DNA from: Minutocellus sp. GHC0000111
Taxonomy: Eukaryota
Length of the DNA: 64,000 nucleotides
Direction: 5' to 3'
Assembly (NCBI GenBank): GCA_977018835.1
Contig: OZ361257.1
Coordinates: 4,340,001 to 4,404,000 of the forward strand
The number at the start of each line of letters is the position of its first letter. Positions within the stretch are counted from its first letter, which is position 1. Shown here piece after piece: positions 45,285 through 56,710 of this stretch. The notes beneath the pieces are model-generated. The model was not told the origin of the DNA and made no database searches. It worked only from the letters and a program-made list of their open reading frames with translations. A program made the translations under genes and the position numbers.

Positions 45285-45486
45285 CTAGTTGATTTTCATC
45301 CCAAGTGTTTCTCTTACGTTCTGCAAGTTATAGTAAAGTATATATGGCACAGAGGGAAAGCAATGTTTGCCTATCCATTAGCATTTATTTTACCTGAACT
45401 TGGATATCGCGTGTATTCCGCATTTGTTTCTAACTAGATAATTCTAGTTTCCACCTTGGTAGTCTAGCACGCTAGTTGATGTAAAA

Positions 45487-47849
45487 CTAAGCAACTTTGA
45501 AGAACTCAAGTGGCTTCTGCAAATCAGCCTCCATCTGCTCAGCAAAGAACGTAACGTCCTGTTCGGCCCCAATATGAAATGTATCAACGTCATCAACAAT
45601 TATGCGCACTCGGAGAGGCAAGGAACTAGATGGGATGATGATTTCAATCCTTGCTGGTGATGAATCTGTTTCTGAATGTGACAATATGCTGCGAACCTTT
45701 GGTTTGGCAATAACAGTTACTCGGCTTTCATTGTTTTGAATCCACGCCTTTTCTCGGAAGGAAAATTCCCCCTTGGATTCAGTGCCCCACGCTCCATCTT
45801 CTGTGTTTGGCATCAATAAATCCAAGCTAAATGTGTCGTCTTCTTCCACATACATTACCGGATCTATATGCAAGTCGATGACACCATCGTGCTCCCATAT
45901 AGTGCGCTTCAGCCGCCCCTTGCCAAATCGCCTCGATCTACTGTCATTGGTAATATTTTTGGTGAAGCACTGTCCATAAGTATCCCCCAACGAGCCAAAC
46001 CAGGGCAAGAATGCTCCGCCTTCATAATCATCTTGCCACCTCTCTATGATTGGCGTCGTTAGCAATCCGCCTTTGCCGAGACAAGCTTTGCGGTGCAATT
46101 TTGTGCTTTGGACCGTTTGCGACTCGTGATCAAAACCCAAACCGTATCGACGAGCATAGGACCAACGGCAGAAACGGCAAACGGAATGGGTGTGCGTATG
46201 GTTGTATTTTCGGACAAACTTTTCATCCAGCGTCAGCGGCTTCGTTCTCCACTCATGGTAGGATTCGTACAGAGTTCGACTCATTGCAACTTTGGCAAGG
46301 TATGCTGCAAGCTCACCGCCATCCTTGAAATCATTTGCCAGAATGATGGAATGATGGGGAGCGTGATCATTCGCGTTCGGAGCACCATAATAGACAGGTA
46401 CAGACCCGCTCTCCAGTGCACCCCAAAGCTTCTCCGTGATATAATCCTCCTCGTTGCTATTTTCCAAGCTGAGATGAAACAGATATCGCCGCATGATATC
46501 AACCTTGTTCGACAGATCCCATCCCTTTTGGGGTTCTGCATTGTGAAGGCACTTTGATAGTGCGTCAACACGAAATGAGGTATTGTTATCGCCTCTCCAA
46601 TCCATCATTTGTTTGACAAGCGCCTCGCGATTGTTTCGGCTTCCGCAATTTCTTGCAAGAAACGATGCTCCTTTGATGGCTTGATCATAGTCTACCGCTG
46701 GCTTGGAGAGGTTGTACTCGTCCCACGAAAAATATGCCGCTGGGACTTCGCTGCGAAAGCTGGTGGTGGCATAAAACTGATTTTGTCGATACGCATTGGG
46801 TTGGATGGCAATTTGGGGATAATATGTGGACCCCTCCATGCTAAACTGGAACTTCCAATCGATACCATCGATGTACCGCTGAGCGACAAGACCAGTTCTG
46901 CCTTTCTCTTCTTGACAATTCACAAATTTGCATTTCCGCTCCCTTGCCTGTTGCGTATCCGTACCGGTGGGAATTCCATGGCATTGTGTGGGCCTGGTAT
47001 GTGCTCGTGCAGCCGTGACGGCACGTTTCGCTGCAAGCACTTGATCATTGCAGGATTGGTTCTCTGTATTTCTTCAACCACAATTTGGAGCGTCATGCCG
47101 GGTCCAATGGTTTCACCGCAAAATAATCGTGGCTGATTATCATGTGGATTGTAAATGATAATGGTTGAGTTGCTGCTGTGTGGTTGGTCTTGGTCATTTT
47201 CTTCTTGAGCAGGTGGCAGTAGCATATGCCGACAACCTCCCAACCCATCTATGTAATACATCGTGCGTTCCCCGGTTGTATTTGTATTTGCATTGGTATT
47301 CAAGCTCTGTGTTCTCTTTGCTATTCTCTTCTTGTTCTCGTGCCCGTCGACAAGATTGTATCCGAATACTACTGCTTCCGTTGATGCGTGCGGTGCCGAG
47401 TCTCTCGTGGAGCAAAAGTTCCATCTGTTGCACCTTTTGCACGTATTCATTGGTGCTGTGTTTGTCGCCGTTGATATATAACCATCATTAAAATAATAGG
47501 ACTCGTGCACATAATGAAGGTCTGGTTCTGGGAGAGTGCCCGAGCCTCCACCCGCCGCCGACAGCATCCAGTGGGCATACTCCTGCACATCACCGTACAG
47601 AGATGAGAGTTCATCTGCCGCGCTATCTATTCTGGTCGATCTCTGGATGCTGAACAAAGCAAAGCCAAATGCAACGGCAAGAACTCGTAGCAATTGCCGT
47701 TGATGTGCTGGCGACGGCTTGTTCTTTTTTCTCGAGGACTTGGTTTCTTGTGCGAAGGATAACGATGACGAGAAAGAGGAGGTCGATGCCGATAACACCC
47801 CCGGCATTTCTACAACGGCATCTGTGACTTGGTATCGCGACGAGGACAT
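45487..47849 (-). CDS. Alpha-1,3-fucosyltransferase (GT10), type II membrane protein; frameshift near 46940
   Basis: YLFHLSLENSNEEDYITEKLWGALESGSVPVYYG is the GT10 signature. N-terminal TM anchor lies in ORF 47849-46920. Confidence 0.85.
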
Positions 47850-47997
47850 CTCATCTCAGTTGGTTCCTGCAACTTCAGGGATTCCGATTCCAATTGAACA
47901 ACTCTCCAGTATTGTTTTGGGCGGATGGCACTCCTCTATGAAGTATTACGACAACATTTCTTTATATATCCAGTGGAGGAGTGGAAATTTGCCCACG

Positions 47998-49204
47998 CAA
48001 GGGTGGTGCACGCATGGCAGAAAGCAAGGGGAAAATTCCACCATGTTCGGCACTCTTTTTTTTGGGTGATTGTGGATGACGTTAATTTCTGGCCCAAGCG
48101 CGCATCATTCATCTTAAACGCGCACCGCGCAAATACTACTACTACGCCATAAGCCGAAGGGCTGCTTCGTCGTGTCGCCCACATCCCCCTTCCGGCGGAA
48201 CGAGCCGCCATGGCGTGCAGGTGCCCTCTTGCGTGGTGCCTGCAACAAGTACGCCGATCCGGCGGCGTCGTTGCCTAAGCAAATGGGCGATTGCTTGCCC
48301 ACCGTCAGCGCGAGCTGCCGCCGCCGCCCCCTCCCGTCGTACTTATTGCCGCCAACTGGCAGGTCCGGTGCTTTTGTATTGATCAACCCATCGGTTCCGG
48401 CGTGCTGCCCATCGAGATGTGAGAAACATTCTGTTCGTGAATTTATTCATGTGAGGGCATCTATGGACGGTTCTTGGCTGGGCATCATGTATTCATTCTC
48501 CCGAATCATACTGAGTTCAGCTGGTAATGGTAGCACGGTCGACAATGGCGGCAGCCGATGTGGCCGACAAGGGACCTTGCGTCCGTATCTTGTCAGCCCC
48601 TTTTGCCGCTGGAGTCACCCGCTTTCCATTTCTTGCTTTGCTAAGTTTGTGTACAGATACGAATATGTACATTATTTTATGTGCATTTTTCAACATCTCC
48701 CTCAAAATCTAACTTCTTCTTTGCTCCACTTGTCGCCTTCAATTTTGCTCGCAAGGCCATGTCGGCTTTATCAATCTGCTGCTCATTGTATCGTCGCGTC
48801 GCTTCTCCAGCGCGTGCATGGAAGGCTTTCTTGACAATCTTGGTGAATATTATCTTCTTTTCGCCTTCCGGTAAGTCAATATCGTTTTCTGCTTTGTTGA
48901 ATAGTCCCCACAAGTCTTCGTCGCTGATGATGGTCTTGTATGCCTCCTTGATTGCCTCTTTGCCGACTTCTTCGATGGTCTTTTCATTCACTAATTCCCT
49001 TGTTCTTTTCATTACCATCCTTCCAAAGGGCACATATTATGGAGGGCAAGTTCCGACGCGTGGCGCGTGCGCGCAAAGGAGGGTTGGAAATTTCGATGTG
49101 CGCGCGCGCAAGGCGCTTGGGCCAGAATTAACGGATTCCACATTCACCCCAAAAAAAGAGTGCCGAACATGGTGAGCGCAAAAGCGCGCGCGTGGACCAC
49201 CCTG
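47998..49204. mobile_element. Non-autonomous element with ~110-bp imperfect TIRs and an internal ORF fragment (49033-48677)
   Basis: AGGGTGGT.CACGC...CACCATGTTCGGCACTCTTTTTTT.GGGTGA.TGTGGA...CGTTAATT.CTGGCCCAAGCGC on the left matches the reverse complement of ~49113-49204. No clear TSD. Confidence 0.65.
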
Positions 49205-49287
49205 TTATTTGTTATGTGCTCTTGGGCAGAAGCCGTCAAGCGCCGAGGGTCGGAATTTGTGTGACTGTATCGGCAAGGCAGCAGGGG

Positions 49288-51153
49288 ATGCCGGCATCGT
49301 CCCACCATTCCGCCCGGCAACACAGGCGTTGCACATTGCAGCGGCAGTTACTCATATCGCTCACGGTCGCCGGATTCTACAGTGCCGTGTCGCAATATGC
49401 GATCATCTCGAAATCCAATAATTTTTTGCAAGACTCCAAGTACATTGATTCATTACACGAGTATGTGTACGCCTTTACTCATGGCTTTGCGGAAAAGAAG
49501 AAGAAGTGGAAACCAATCGATGCCAGAGTTTGGCGGCCATACATCACATCCGAACATCCGTACAATAACATGACTCCAAAGTTGGACGTGGTTTGGACCC
49601 GAGGATACTACAGTGCAGGTTTGCCGCATTCGGAGAGGCCGATCGAATACTACAATGCAAGAGGCATGTCATCCAAAGCCTTGCCGCCTACAACCTTCAA
49701 AAAATATTTCACGCCTGATCAGTGTGGCACGTTTTGGATTCGCATGTGGGACCTAAGCGAGTGGGTAAATACAATATTGCCAACTGCTAGGTGCGGGAGT
49801 AGAAACATTACCATCATCACGTCTGACGAAGATTGGGACGTTCCACATGCTGTGCCGAGGGGAATCCCAGAGAAAATGTTTCAATCAGAACAAATCAAAG
49901 CATGGTACAGCACCAATGTCGTTGTTAAAGATCAACCAAGGCTGTTTCCAGTTCCAATTGGAATACCAATCCATTACGGCTTTCCTGGTTCGCCCGACAG
50001 TGCGGACACCATAAGAACAATGAATAGACTCCGACTTGACGCGAAGCCTTATGCTGAAAGAAGTCAATCTATTCTTTATGATGTTGGGACGCTTGGGGGC
50101 GGCGCAAGACGCGATCAGGGAAGAAAAGCAGCCAAGGCGGCCTTGAGCAAATGCCCCGAAGGAAGAATTCGAATAAAACCCAAAGGAGGGCCTCTGGAAA
50201 CTTGGCCGTTGTATGCCTCACACCAGTTTGCAATCGCTCGCGTCGGCGCAGGATATGATACCTACCGCGTCTGGGAGTATCTGTTTTTTGGCACGGTTCC
50301 CATTGTCCTGTCATCGCCACTTGATTCAATGTATTCAGATGCGCACGTTCCTATCATTATTGTCAAAGATTGGAATGAAGTCTGCTCTTGGACGGAAGAT
50401 GACATGGGGAATCTGTTCCAGCGCTTTCACAAATGGATTGCCAACTCACATATGTGGCTGAGGCCATCACTTTGGGTTCCAAGAGATCAAACCCAAATGG
50501 ACAAGCTTTGCGATGCTTCTCCGGGCTGTCGATCGGGCGGTCAATTTTACAATGCTAAAAAGGTTGATGATAAGAAAAGCACTGCAATACGAAATGCCTA
50601 TCAAAATGAATCGAAGGTAGAAGGCGACCGCAGGGCTCTTGTCAAGATGCTTGGAATGGGTGGGAGACTGGGAGATCAGATGTTTATGTATGCTTCCACA
50701 CTCGCATTTGCCAATAAATACAACTTGACCCCTTGCATAGAGAATTATCTTGAGCCTCGCAAGGACATGGCTACCATGTTTGTTGGGCCATTTGAATTTT
50801 GCGAAAATAGGGATCACGACATCAATTGGAACTGGGAAGACCATTGTGAAGATGAGCCCTCCAAAAGAATGCCCCTATTCTCTACGGGAGGGGCCGAAGG
50901 AAAATCTGTTGGCTTGTGGGGGTACATGCATTTTGCCGAATATTTCTTGGAGATAAAGGCCAAGGTCTTTGAGACCTTTGCTCTCCTTCCTGAATTACAG
51001 ATCAAGGCCGAAGAACGCTTGAAGAGGTATGGAGACGCAATGCTTGTAGGTGTGCATGTTCGCAGAGGCGATAGATCAAGCATCGCAAGCAGATGGGATG
51101 TTACCTATTATGAACGAGCTTTGAAGTACATGCGAAAAAAATACACCTGTTGA
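49288..51153 (+). CDS. Two-domain glycosyltransferase-like protein: exostosin-like domain + truncated GT11 alpha-1,2-fucosyltransferase domain
   Basis: N-terminal TM; GYDTYRVWEYLFFGTVPIV; GGRLGDQMFMYAS and VGVHVRRGD. Ends shortly after YYERAL, lacking the GT11 C-terminal motifs. Confidence 0.7.
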   Translation: MPASSHHSARQHRRCTLQRQLLISLTVAGFYSAVSQYAIISKSNNFLQDSKYIDSLHEYVYAFTHGFAEKKKKWKPIDARVWRPYITSEHPYNNMTPKLDVVWTRGYYSAGLPHSERPIEYYNARGMSSKALPPTTFKKYFTPDQCGTFWIRMWDLSEWVNTILPTARCGSRNITIITSDEDWDVPHAVPRGIPEKMFQSEQIKAWYSTNVVVKDQPRLFPVPIGIPIHYGFPGSPDSADTIRTMNRLRLDAKPYAERSQSILYDVGTLGGGARRDQGRKAAKAALSKCPEGRIRIKPKGGPLETWPLYASHQFAIARVGAGYDTYRVWEYLFFGTVPIVLSSPLDSMYSDAHVPIIIVKDWNEVCSWTEDDMGNLFQRFHKWIANSHMWLRPSLWVPRDQTQMDKLCDASPGCRSGGQFYNAKKVDDKKSTAIRNAYQNESKVEGDRRALVKMLGMGGRLGDQMFMYASTLAFANKYNLTPCIENYLEPRKDMATMFVGPFEFCENRDHDINWNWEDHCEDEPSKRMPLFSTGGAEGKSVGLWGYMHFAEYFLEIKAKVFETFALLPELQIKAEERLKRYGDAMLVGVHVRRGDRSSIASRWDVTYYERALKYMRKKYTC

Positions 51154-51296
51154 AACTTGGGATGCGACGCCCTCCTATGTTATTAGTTTTTTCTCTCTCT
51201 ACTCGTATTCAACTAAAAAAGAACTACTAGATCTAGATCTACGTAAACCTCGGAGGACACAGCAATATGACACATATTTTCGTTACCGATCGTCCC

Positions 51297-53063
51297 TCAG
51301 AAGGTGGCAACGCAATGTCCAGAACCTTGAAGATGACCTTGGGGACAAAGAGGCAGTCCTCCTACTTTCCACGTATCAGAAGCGGGGTGGTACGTCAGCC
51401 TTCCGGGCTCATTGCGACCAGGTACAGAAGCAATGCGCGCATTGGTACCCTTTCCGAGCAAAACCATGGGATTGGAATGGGTGAGCGGAGTATCTGTTAG
51501 TACCGTCCACTCATTGTCGACGGTTGACGGTTGAATACTTCCAGGTTGTTCCGACTTCCTTGTCAGGGCCCGCCAGTCCCCCCAGGACGTACACATCCTT
51601 GCCAATGGCGTGGCATTCGGGAAAGAAACGGTCCCCGGGCATGGGGCGGCAGGTGGACCAAGTATCGCCCTTGGTATCATATCTGAGAACGCGGTTGGTA
51701 CAGGGACCATCGTCGAACTGGCCACCAAACAGATAAATCTGAGAGCCAATCGAGGAACCGCCCATCATGTGACAGTACTGGAGCTTCTCACCGATCGATG
51801 CAGACCGAGCGCGTCCACCCTTGGGCAGTGGCTTGATCTGCGCCCACGATCCGATGGCAGGGTCGTACCGGTCACACGAGGGGTCCTCCCTTCCCATCAT
51901 GGACCGAGTTTGTCCACCCATGACGTAAATGCAGCCGTTGCATTCCAAAACGGTTGGGTGGACGCGAGCATTCGGCCAAGGCGGACCACCTCGCCACTGG
52001 TTGGTCCGAGAGTTCCAGATCATGAAGCAAGAGCAAGGGTTGCCACTCCACTCGGACGTGCCCGGCGTTCCCCATGCTCTCCGCCGACCACGTAGACCTC
52101 ACCATGACAAAAGACAGCCTTGGTGCTGTTGAAGACGGGCCGACCGATCAGGGGGGCGATTTTGACCCAATGCCCCCGATCGTCGAGCATCGACCCTTCC
52201 ACGTGAGGGGCGTAGTCAGATGCGCGGCAGCCTCCGATGAGGAGGACGGTCTGTTCCAGGCACGAGTGGCCCGTCAAGGGACAGGCCTGCCGAGCCCTCC
52301 AAAAGTCGGGATGGCGCACGGTCTTGTCCCAACGCTTGCAGACCTTGGCGAGATTGGCATGATCCGACCGTGGAAGACGAACCAGCACCGCCAGTAGCTG
52401 CTTGTTGGTAAGATACGACATCGTTTTGGGAGTCTTGTCGGCACGCCGACCCTTCGGTGTCCAGAACGTAAGAGTTGTGTCATCATTGCCACTCTCTTGC
52501 ACAACCATGGTGGCGGCATAGTATGAACGGGCTTCCTTGAGCATTCCAATCAGTGCCGCCGTACTAGCATCATCCTCTTTGGAGGAGAGGGAAGTATCTA
52601 CATGTACGTCCAAGATATGCTAAGAAAAGGCACGCTCATAACGAAGCTCTTCCTTGTACCACGCAAGCTCCGCACGAAGCTCATCGGCGGGCATAACTAG
52701 GAGATCCTTCTTGTTCGCTGCCACCAATTCCAGTATCTTGCTCCGTTCCGTGACATGTTCGGTCCTGACCCGGATCTCCTTGCATTGCTCCTTATGCCCG
52801 CCCTTCTTCCAGGCATAGGCCTGGCACTTTCGGCTGCAGTAGCGGACTCCCTGGCACGAGGAGCAGCGGAACTTGGGACCGGACGCGCCGCACGAGTCGC
52901 ATTTGACTGGCATCCCGCCGGCGACGGCGGAGTCCAGCGGTTCTTGATTGGAGGTCCCGGCCACCGCACCGTAGCGGGGCATCCTCCTCGCGCGGAGGTC
53001 CATCTTGGCCCATTCCGCGCGCTCGGCCTCGGAGCGCGGCTCCATGGCCATCCCGTTGCCCAT
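51297..53063 (-). pseudogene. MYND zinc finger + F-box + Kelch-repeat gene with one in-frame TAG (52620-52622) and two frameshifts
   Basis: CDSC...RCSSCQGVRYCSRKCQAYAWKKGGHKEQC; LVRLPRSDHANLAKVCKRW; repeated YVMGG/YLFGG/YVLGG...W Kelch blades. ORFs 53063-52620 and 52613-52020 share a frame. Confidence 0.7.
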
Positions 53064-53895
53064 TTTCTGCTAAAGATGGAGGTCGCTACCATGCTTACGA
53101 GGTCGCGGACAGCAGTTTCAGGGACCCGGTTTTCGGGTCTTTGGGCAAAAACTCATAAAAATCAGCCCAAACGCACGCAGCTTGCAGCATTTGTTTGCTG
53201 TCATCCTGTCTTCAAGATGGCGGTGACGGCAGTGCCGACGGCATCCGCTTCACGCAAGGGATGAGCGTGGTATCTCCAGAACGGGTTGGTCCTTGACCTT
53301 GGACCGACTCGGAGATATCGATTTCATCTTCCCATGCCAGCGTCTGGCCGATTCACCCCATCCATCGCCCCTCCCGACTTCTGCCAGTTTTTCCGATGAC
53401 AACCGGTCACCTCCTCCACCTCCCGACCCCACCACCACCTCCCAAATGCATTGATTCAAGTAGCCATATGGTTTGAGCTCCGATATCGGTCTCCATGGTC
53501 CCCATAATGGCGCATCTTATGCGGTCCGAGTGACCCCGCGCCAAAATCGAGCGGGCCAAAAAAATCATCACCCGCCCGGCGCGCCCGCCACTCAATGAAA
53601 CCTTCCTCATTTCCAACCCACCCGACATACAAACTGTTGCTCTACTGCCACAAAATACTGCATCCAACACCATATTAATGCAAATGGCTGTCACTACTGC
53701 TGCCACCGCAGCTGATGCGCCAGCATGTCGCCGCTCCCGTCGGTCCGGCAGCTCCATCCCCCATGCTTTGATTGTTTTGTCCATCGGAGCGGCACCATCG
53801 ATGCCTCTGCGATTCGTGGCAAGTCTCCTGGGATGATCCAGACCACAGCGAACCGGGCATGGGCGAGCCTCTCACTTCAGAAACAGCAGGATGTC

Positions 53896-54537
53896 ATGGA
53901 GCAAGCCCGAGAGGAGGAGCTGTGCTGTCCGAGCCAGACCGGTCCTGATCCGGCACAAGATGTGCCGATTTCTCAAATTCAAATTGCTCGGCGCAACTCG
54001 TCATCCAACAACGCCGATGCCAGCCCTGAGCCGACGGTCGAGGACAATGCTGGTGTCGCTGCTCGTCCTGGTGATGACAATGTCGAAGCTGGGGGCATCG
54101 CCGAGTCCATGGTGGTGGATGGAAGCGGCAACAGTGAAGAACCTGGCAATCCTGCCAGTGTCTGTGTTTCTGCTACCGGCACCGCCAATTCTGGTGGATC
54201 GACCGAGGAGAATTTGGATGTGCTGCTGGTTGAGGCCGAAGCGCAACACAAAGCTGCAGAGGAGGCTTTGAAAGGGCTAAGGGATGCCTTGAAACGAGAA
54301 AAGCGGAAGGATGAAAAGGCCATGGCCGATGCCGAGAAGAAAAGGAACAAAATGAAGGAGGCGATGCGTCATTTGGAGCAGAGGGCACAAATGCGTGAAC
54401 ATCTTCGGTCGCACAGGATGCCGACGGATGCACCACCCGAACGCAACAAAGCAATGAGAATGGAAGATGACATGCGAGACCTGCCATCAGCACTGGGGAA
54501 CATGTCCTTGTGTCTGCCGACTTCAGTCCCAACATGA
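53896..54537 (+). CDS. Upstream ORF of the mariner element; probably the N-terminal part of the transposase (frame change near 54470-54500)
   Basis: Acidic/disordered then coiled-coil ORF overlapping the open transposase frame, which reads HARPAISTGEHVLVSAD before its first ATG. Confidence 0.5.
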   Translation: MEQAREEELCCPSQTGPDPAQDVPISQIQIARRNSSSNNADASPEPTVEDNAGVAARPGDDNVEAGGIAESMVVDGSGNSEEPGNPASVCVSATGTANSGGSTEENLDVLLVEAEAQHKAAEEALKGLRDALKREKRKDEKAMADAEKKRNKMKEAMRHLEQRAQMREHLRSHRMPTDAPPERNKAMRMEDDMRDLPSALGNMSLCLPTSVPT

Positions 54538-56615
54538 GTCGGCCTGAGGGCAAGGGATTTGTTGTGGTCAGTCGAGGTGTCGGTGGAGGCACTCTTTGCG
54601 ATGTCCAGTGTGAGAAGCCTTTTGGTGGCATGATGCATGAGAATGTGCCTCTCAAGGCCATCACCCCGATCCCACTCGGCCTCAACACCGATTCAATTGC
54701 CAAGGACAGGCGCAAACGGACAGTAGCTGCTCAGCAGGCGGGGATGGACAGTGTTGACAGCGCCGGTGCCAACAAGCGTGCAAAGAGCGATGGCAGTCCG
54801 ATGGAGACTCTTGTCGGAAAGCTTTTGCATGGCATGCGACACAGGAAGAAGGATGGATGTCTTCGAAAGGAGGCGAATCGAGCAACCAAAGGCAAGAAGG
54901 GATTGAACGACGAGGAGAAGAGCATGCTTTTTGCCCAGGGATTGCTTCTGGAAGTGCATTTGAAGAGCACCGGAGGGACGCAGCACTCAAGCAGGAACAG
55001 TTCATCGCAGAAGTTTCAGTCGGATGGGAGGGTCACTATTCGTGAGCTCTGCAGAGCGTGGGGGAAGGGTAAGAATGGGCTGCGAGACATCCATAACGAG
55101 TCTCGGAAGAATGCCATTGCCCGGGGCATGCCAGCAGATCAGGCCGAGCTTGCATTTGTCACCCCCGCTCCCAAGGATTCGTCGGTTCGGCCAAAGTCTA
55201 CCATTGACAATTACAAGACGGCTGAGCAGCACTTTACTGCTAAGCGCCTGCATGCAATCAATAAGTGCAGAGAGGCAAAGGAAGACTGCTATGATTCTGT
55301 GTCGAAGGAGGCTGACAATGAGTTGCTCAAAACGTACCTGACCGAGTGCGACACCATCAGCGACGATGACAAGCAGCTGTGGGAGCTGAAGAGGCGGGAG
55401 CACTTGGCAAGGCAGCCGTACACACAGAACGACATTGTTGCGGCCCTTTCCAGCAATCCTCAGCGATCGTTCCGTGGTTTGGAGCAGGACATTGGTCTGT
55501 GGTGCTCGCACAAGACGATTGAGCGGTGGCTCAAGTCATTCGACACCTTCACTTTCTACAAGGAGCGGCTGGTACCGCGCCTGTCGGAGGCTCAAAAAGC
55601 TAAGCATCTGGCCTTTGCTCAGCTCGTGCGGAATTTCTGGAACATTCGGGATGAGAACGGCAATTTACCGAATGGAAAGAAGCGAGTTCTCCTCGTGCAT
55701 TACGATGAGAAATGGTTCTGGGGTCTCGTCCTCCGAGCTTTTGCGAAGGCTTGCGAGGAAATCGGCGTGAAAAAGCGAGATTACGCGGCCTTTCACAGGA
55801 GCCACATCAACAAGGTCATGGTCATTGCATTTGTTGCCGCTGTCTTTGACGGTTCTCTTGAGAATGGGTGCGAGGTTGTAAAACTGCCACTGGTACGAGC
55901 TCAAGCTCCTAAAATAGCGGAGCGAGCTCAGTACGAAGCAGTAACACAGCCTGATGGTTCAATACGGTACCCAAATACCAACCCCGATGGGACACCAAAG
56001 GAACCTCTTCGCCGGAAAGGAGAGTCGTTTCTTGTTGATTGTTGCGTTACTGGATCGAACGAAGGCACCAAAAAGGATCCGAAATGCTCTTTGCTCCTCG
56101 TGTTCAAGGAGACTATTTTCCCAGCGATTCTCAACCTTGTCGGTCCGGGCAAGCAATACGAAGATTGCCATGTTGTTATCCAGGGCGACCAGGACGGGCC
56201 TCACGAGGACGGAACCTTCACGCAATTTGTTACTAACTTCTGTGCTGAGCAAGGCTGGACGTGGCAGCCACAGGCACCGCAGATGCCTCACGCCAACGTC
56301 CTTGACTTGAGCGTGTTCCCCGCGATGAGCCGGCGGCACTCGGAATGGGCACGAAAAATGGTAGGCACCTCCGTCATTTCCACCGACCAGATCTGGGACA
56401 CTGCCGAGGACGTTTACGATAGCATGCCTAACTGCAAAATTGCTTCGGCCTTCATTCAGTACTGGAGGATAATGGGCCTGGTGATTAAGGCCGGTGGTAG
56501 CAATGAGTTTGTTGGAAGGTTGGGTGACGAAAACTTGCACACTGGAATTAGGATCGACTTCAACGAAACGGCCAAGGGGATGGAGCCCTCAGCTCGTCAT
56601 CCTTCTAATAAATAG
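54510..56615 (+). CDS. Mariner-like transposase, DD38D, related to plant-type DD39D mariners
   Basis: HTH-like SFRGLEQDIGLWCSHKTIERW; VHYDEKWF (D1); IQGDQDGPH (D2); PQMPHANVLDLSVF (D3). 38 residues counted between D2 and D3. Confidence 0.88.
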   Translation: MSADFSPNMSRPEGKGFVVVSRGVGGGTLCDVQCEKPFGGMMHENVPLKAITPIPLGLNTDSIAKDRRKRTVAAQQAGMDSVDSAGANKRAKSDGSPMETLVGKLLHGMRHRKKDGCLRKEANRATKGKKGLNDEEKSMLFAQGLLLEVHLKSTGGTQHSSRNSSSQKFQSDGRVTIRELCRAWGKGKNGLRDIHNESRKNAIARGMPADQAELAFVTPAPKDSSVRPKSTIDNYKTAEQHFTAKRLHAINKCREAKEDCYDSVSKEADNELLKTYLTECDTISDDDKQLWELKRREHLARQPYTQNDIVAALSSNPQRSFRGLEQDIGLWCSHKTIERWLKSFDTFTFYKERLVPRLSEAQKAKHLAFAQLVRNFWNIRDENGNLPNGKKRVLLVHYDEKWFWGLVLRAFAKACEEIGVKKRDYAAFHRSHINKVMVIAFVAAVFDGSLENGCEVVKLPLVRAQAPKIAERAQYEAVTQPDGSIRYPNTNPDGTPKEPLRRKGESFLVDCCVTGSNEGTKKDPKCSLLLVFKETIFPAILNLVGPGKQYEDCHVVIQGDQDGPHEDGTFTQFVTNFCAEQGWTWQPQAPQMPHANVLDLSVFPAMSRRHSEWARKMVGTSVISTDQIWDTAEDVYDSMPNCKIASAFIQYWRIMGLVIKAGGSNEFVGRLGDENLHTGIRIDFNETAKGMEPSARHPSNK

Positions 56616-56710
56616 ATAGTATTAATATCTTTACACATGTATTAAATAAATGTTACACGTCTACAAATTATTTATAGATCTACATGTAAGATGCAGCAGC
56701 ATTGGTTTGT

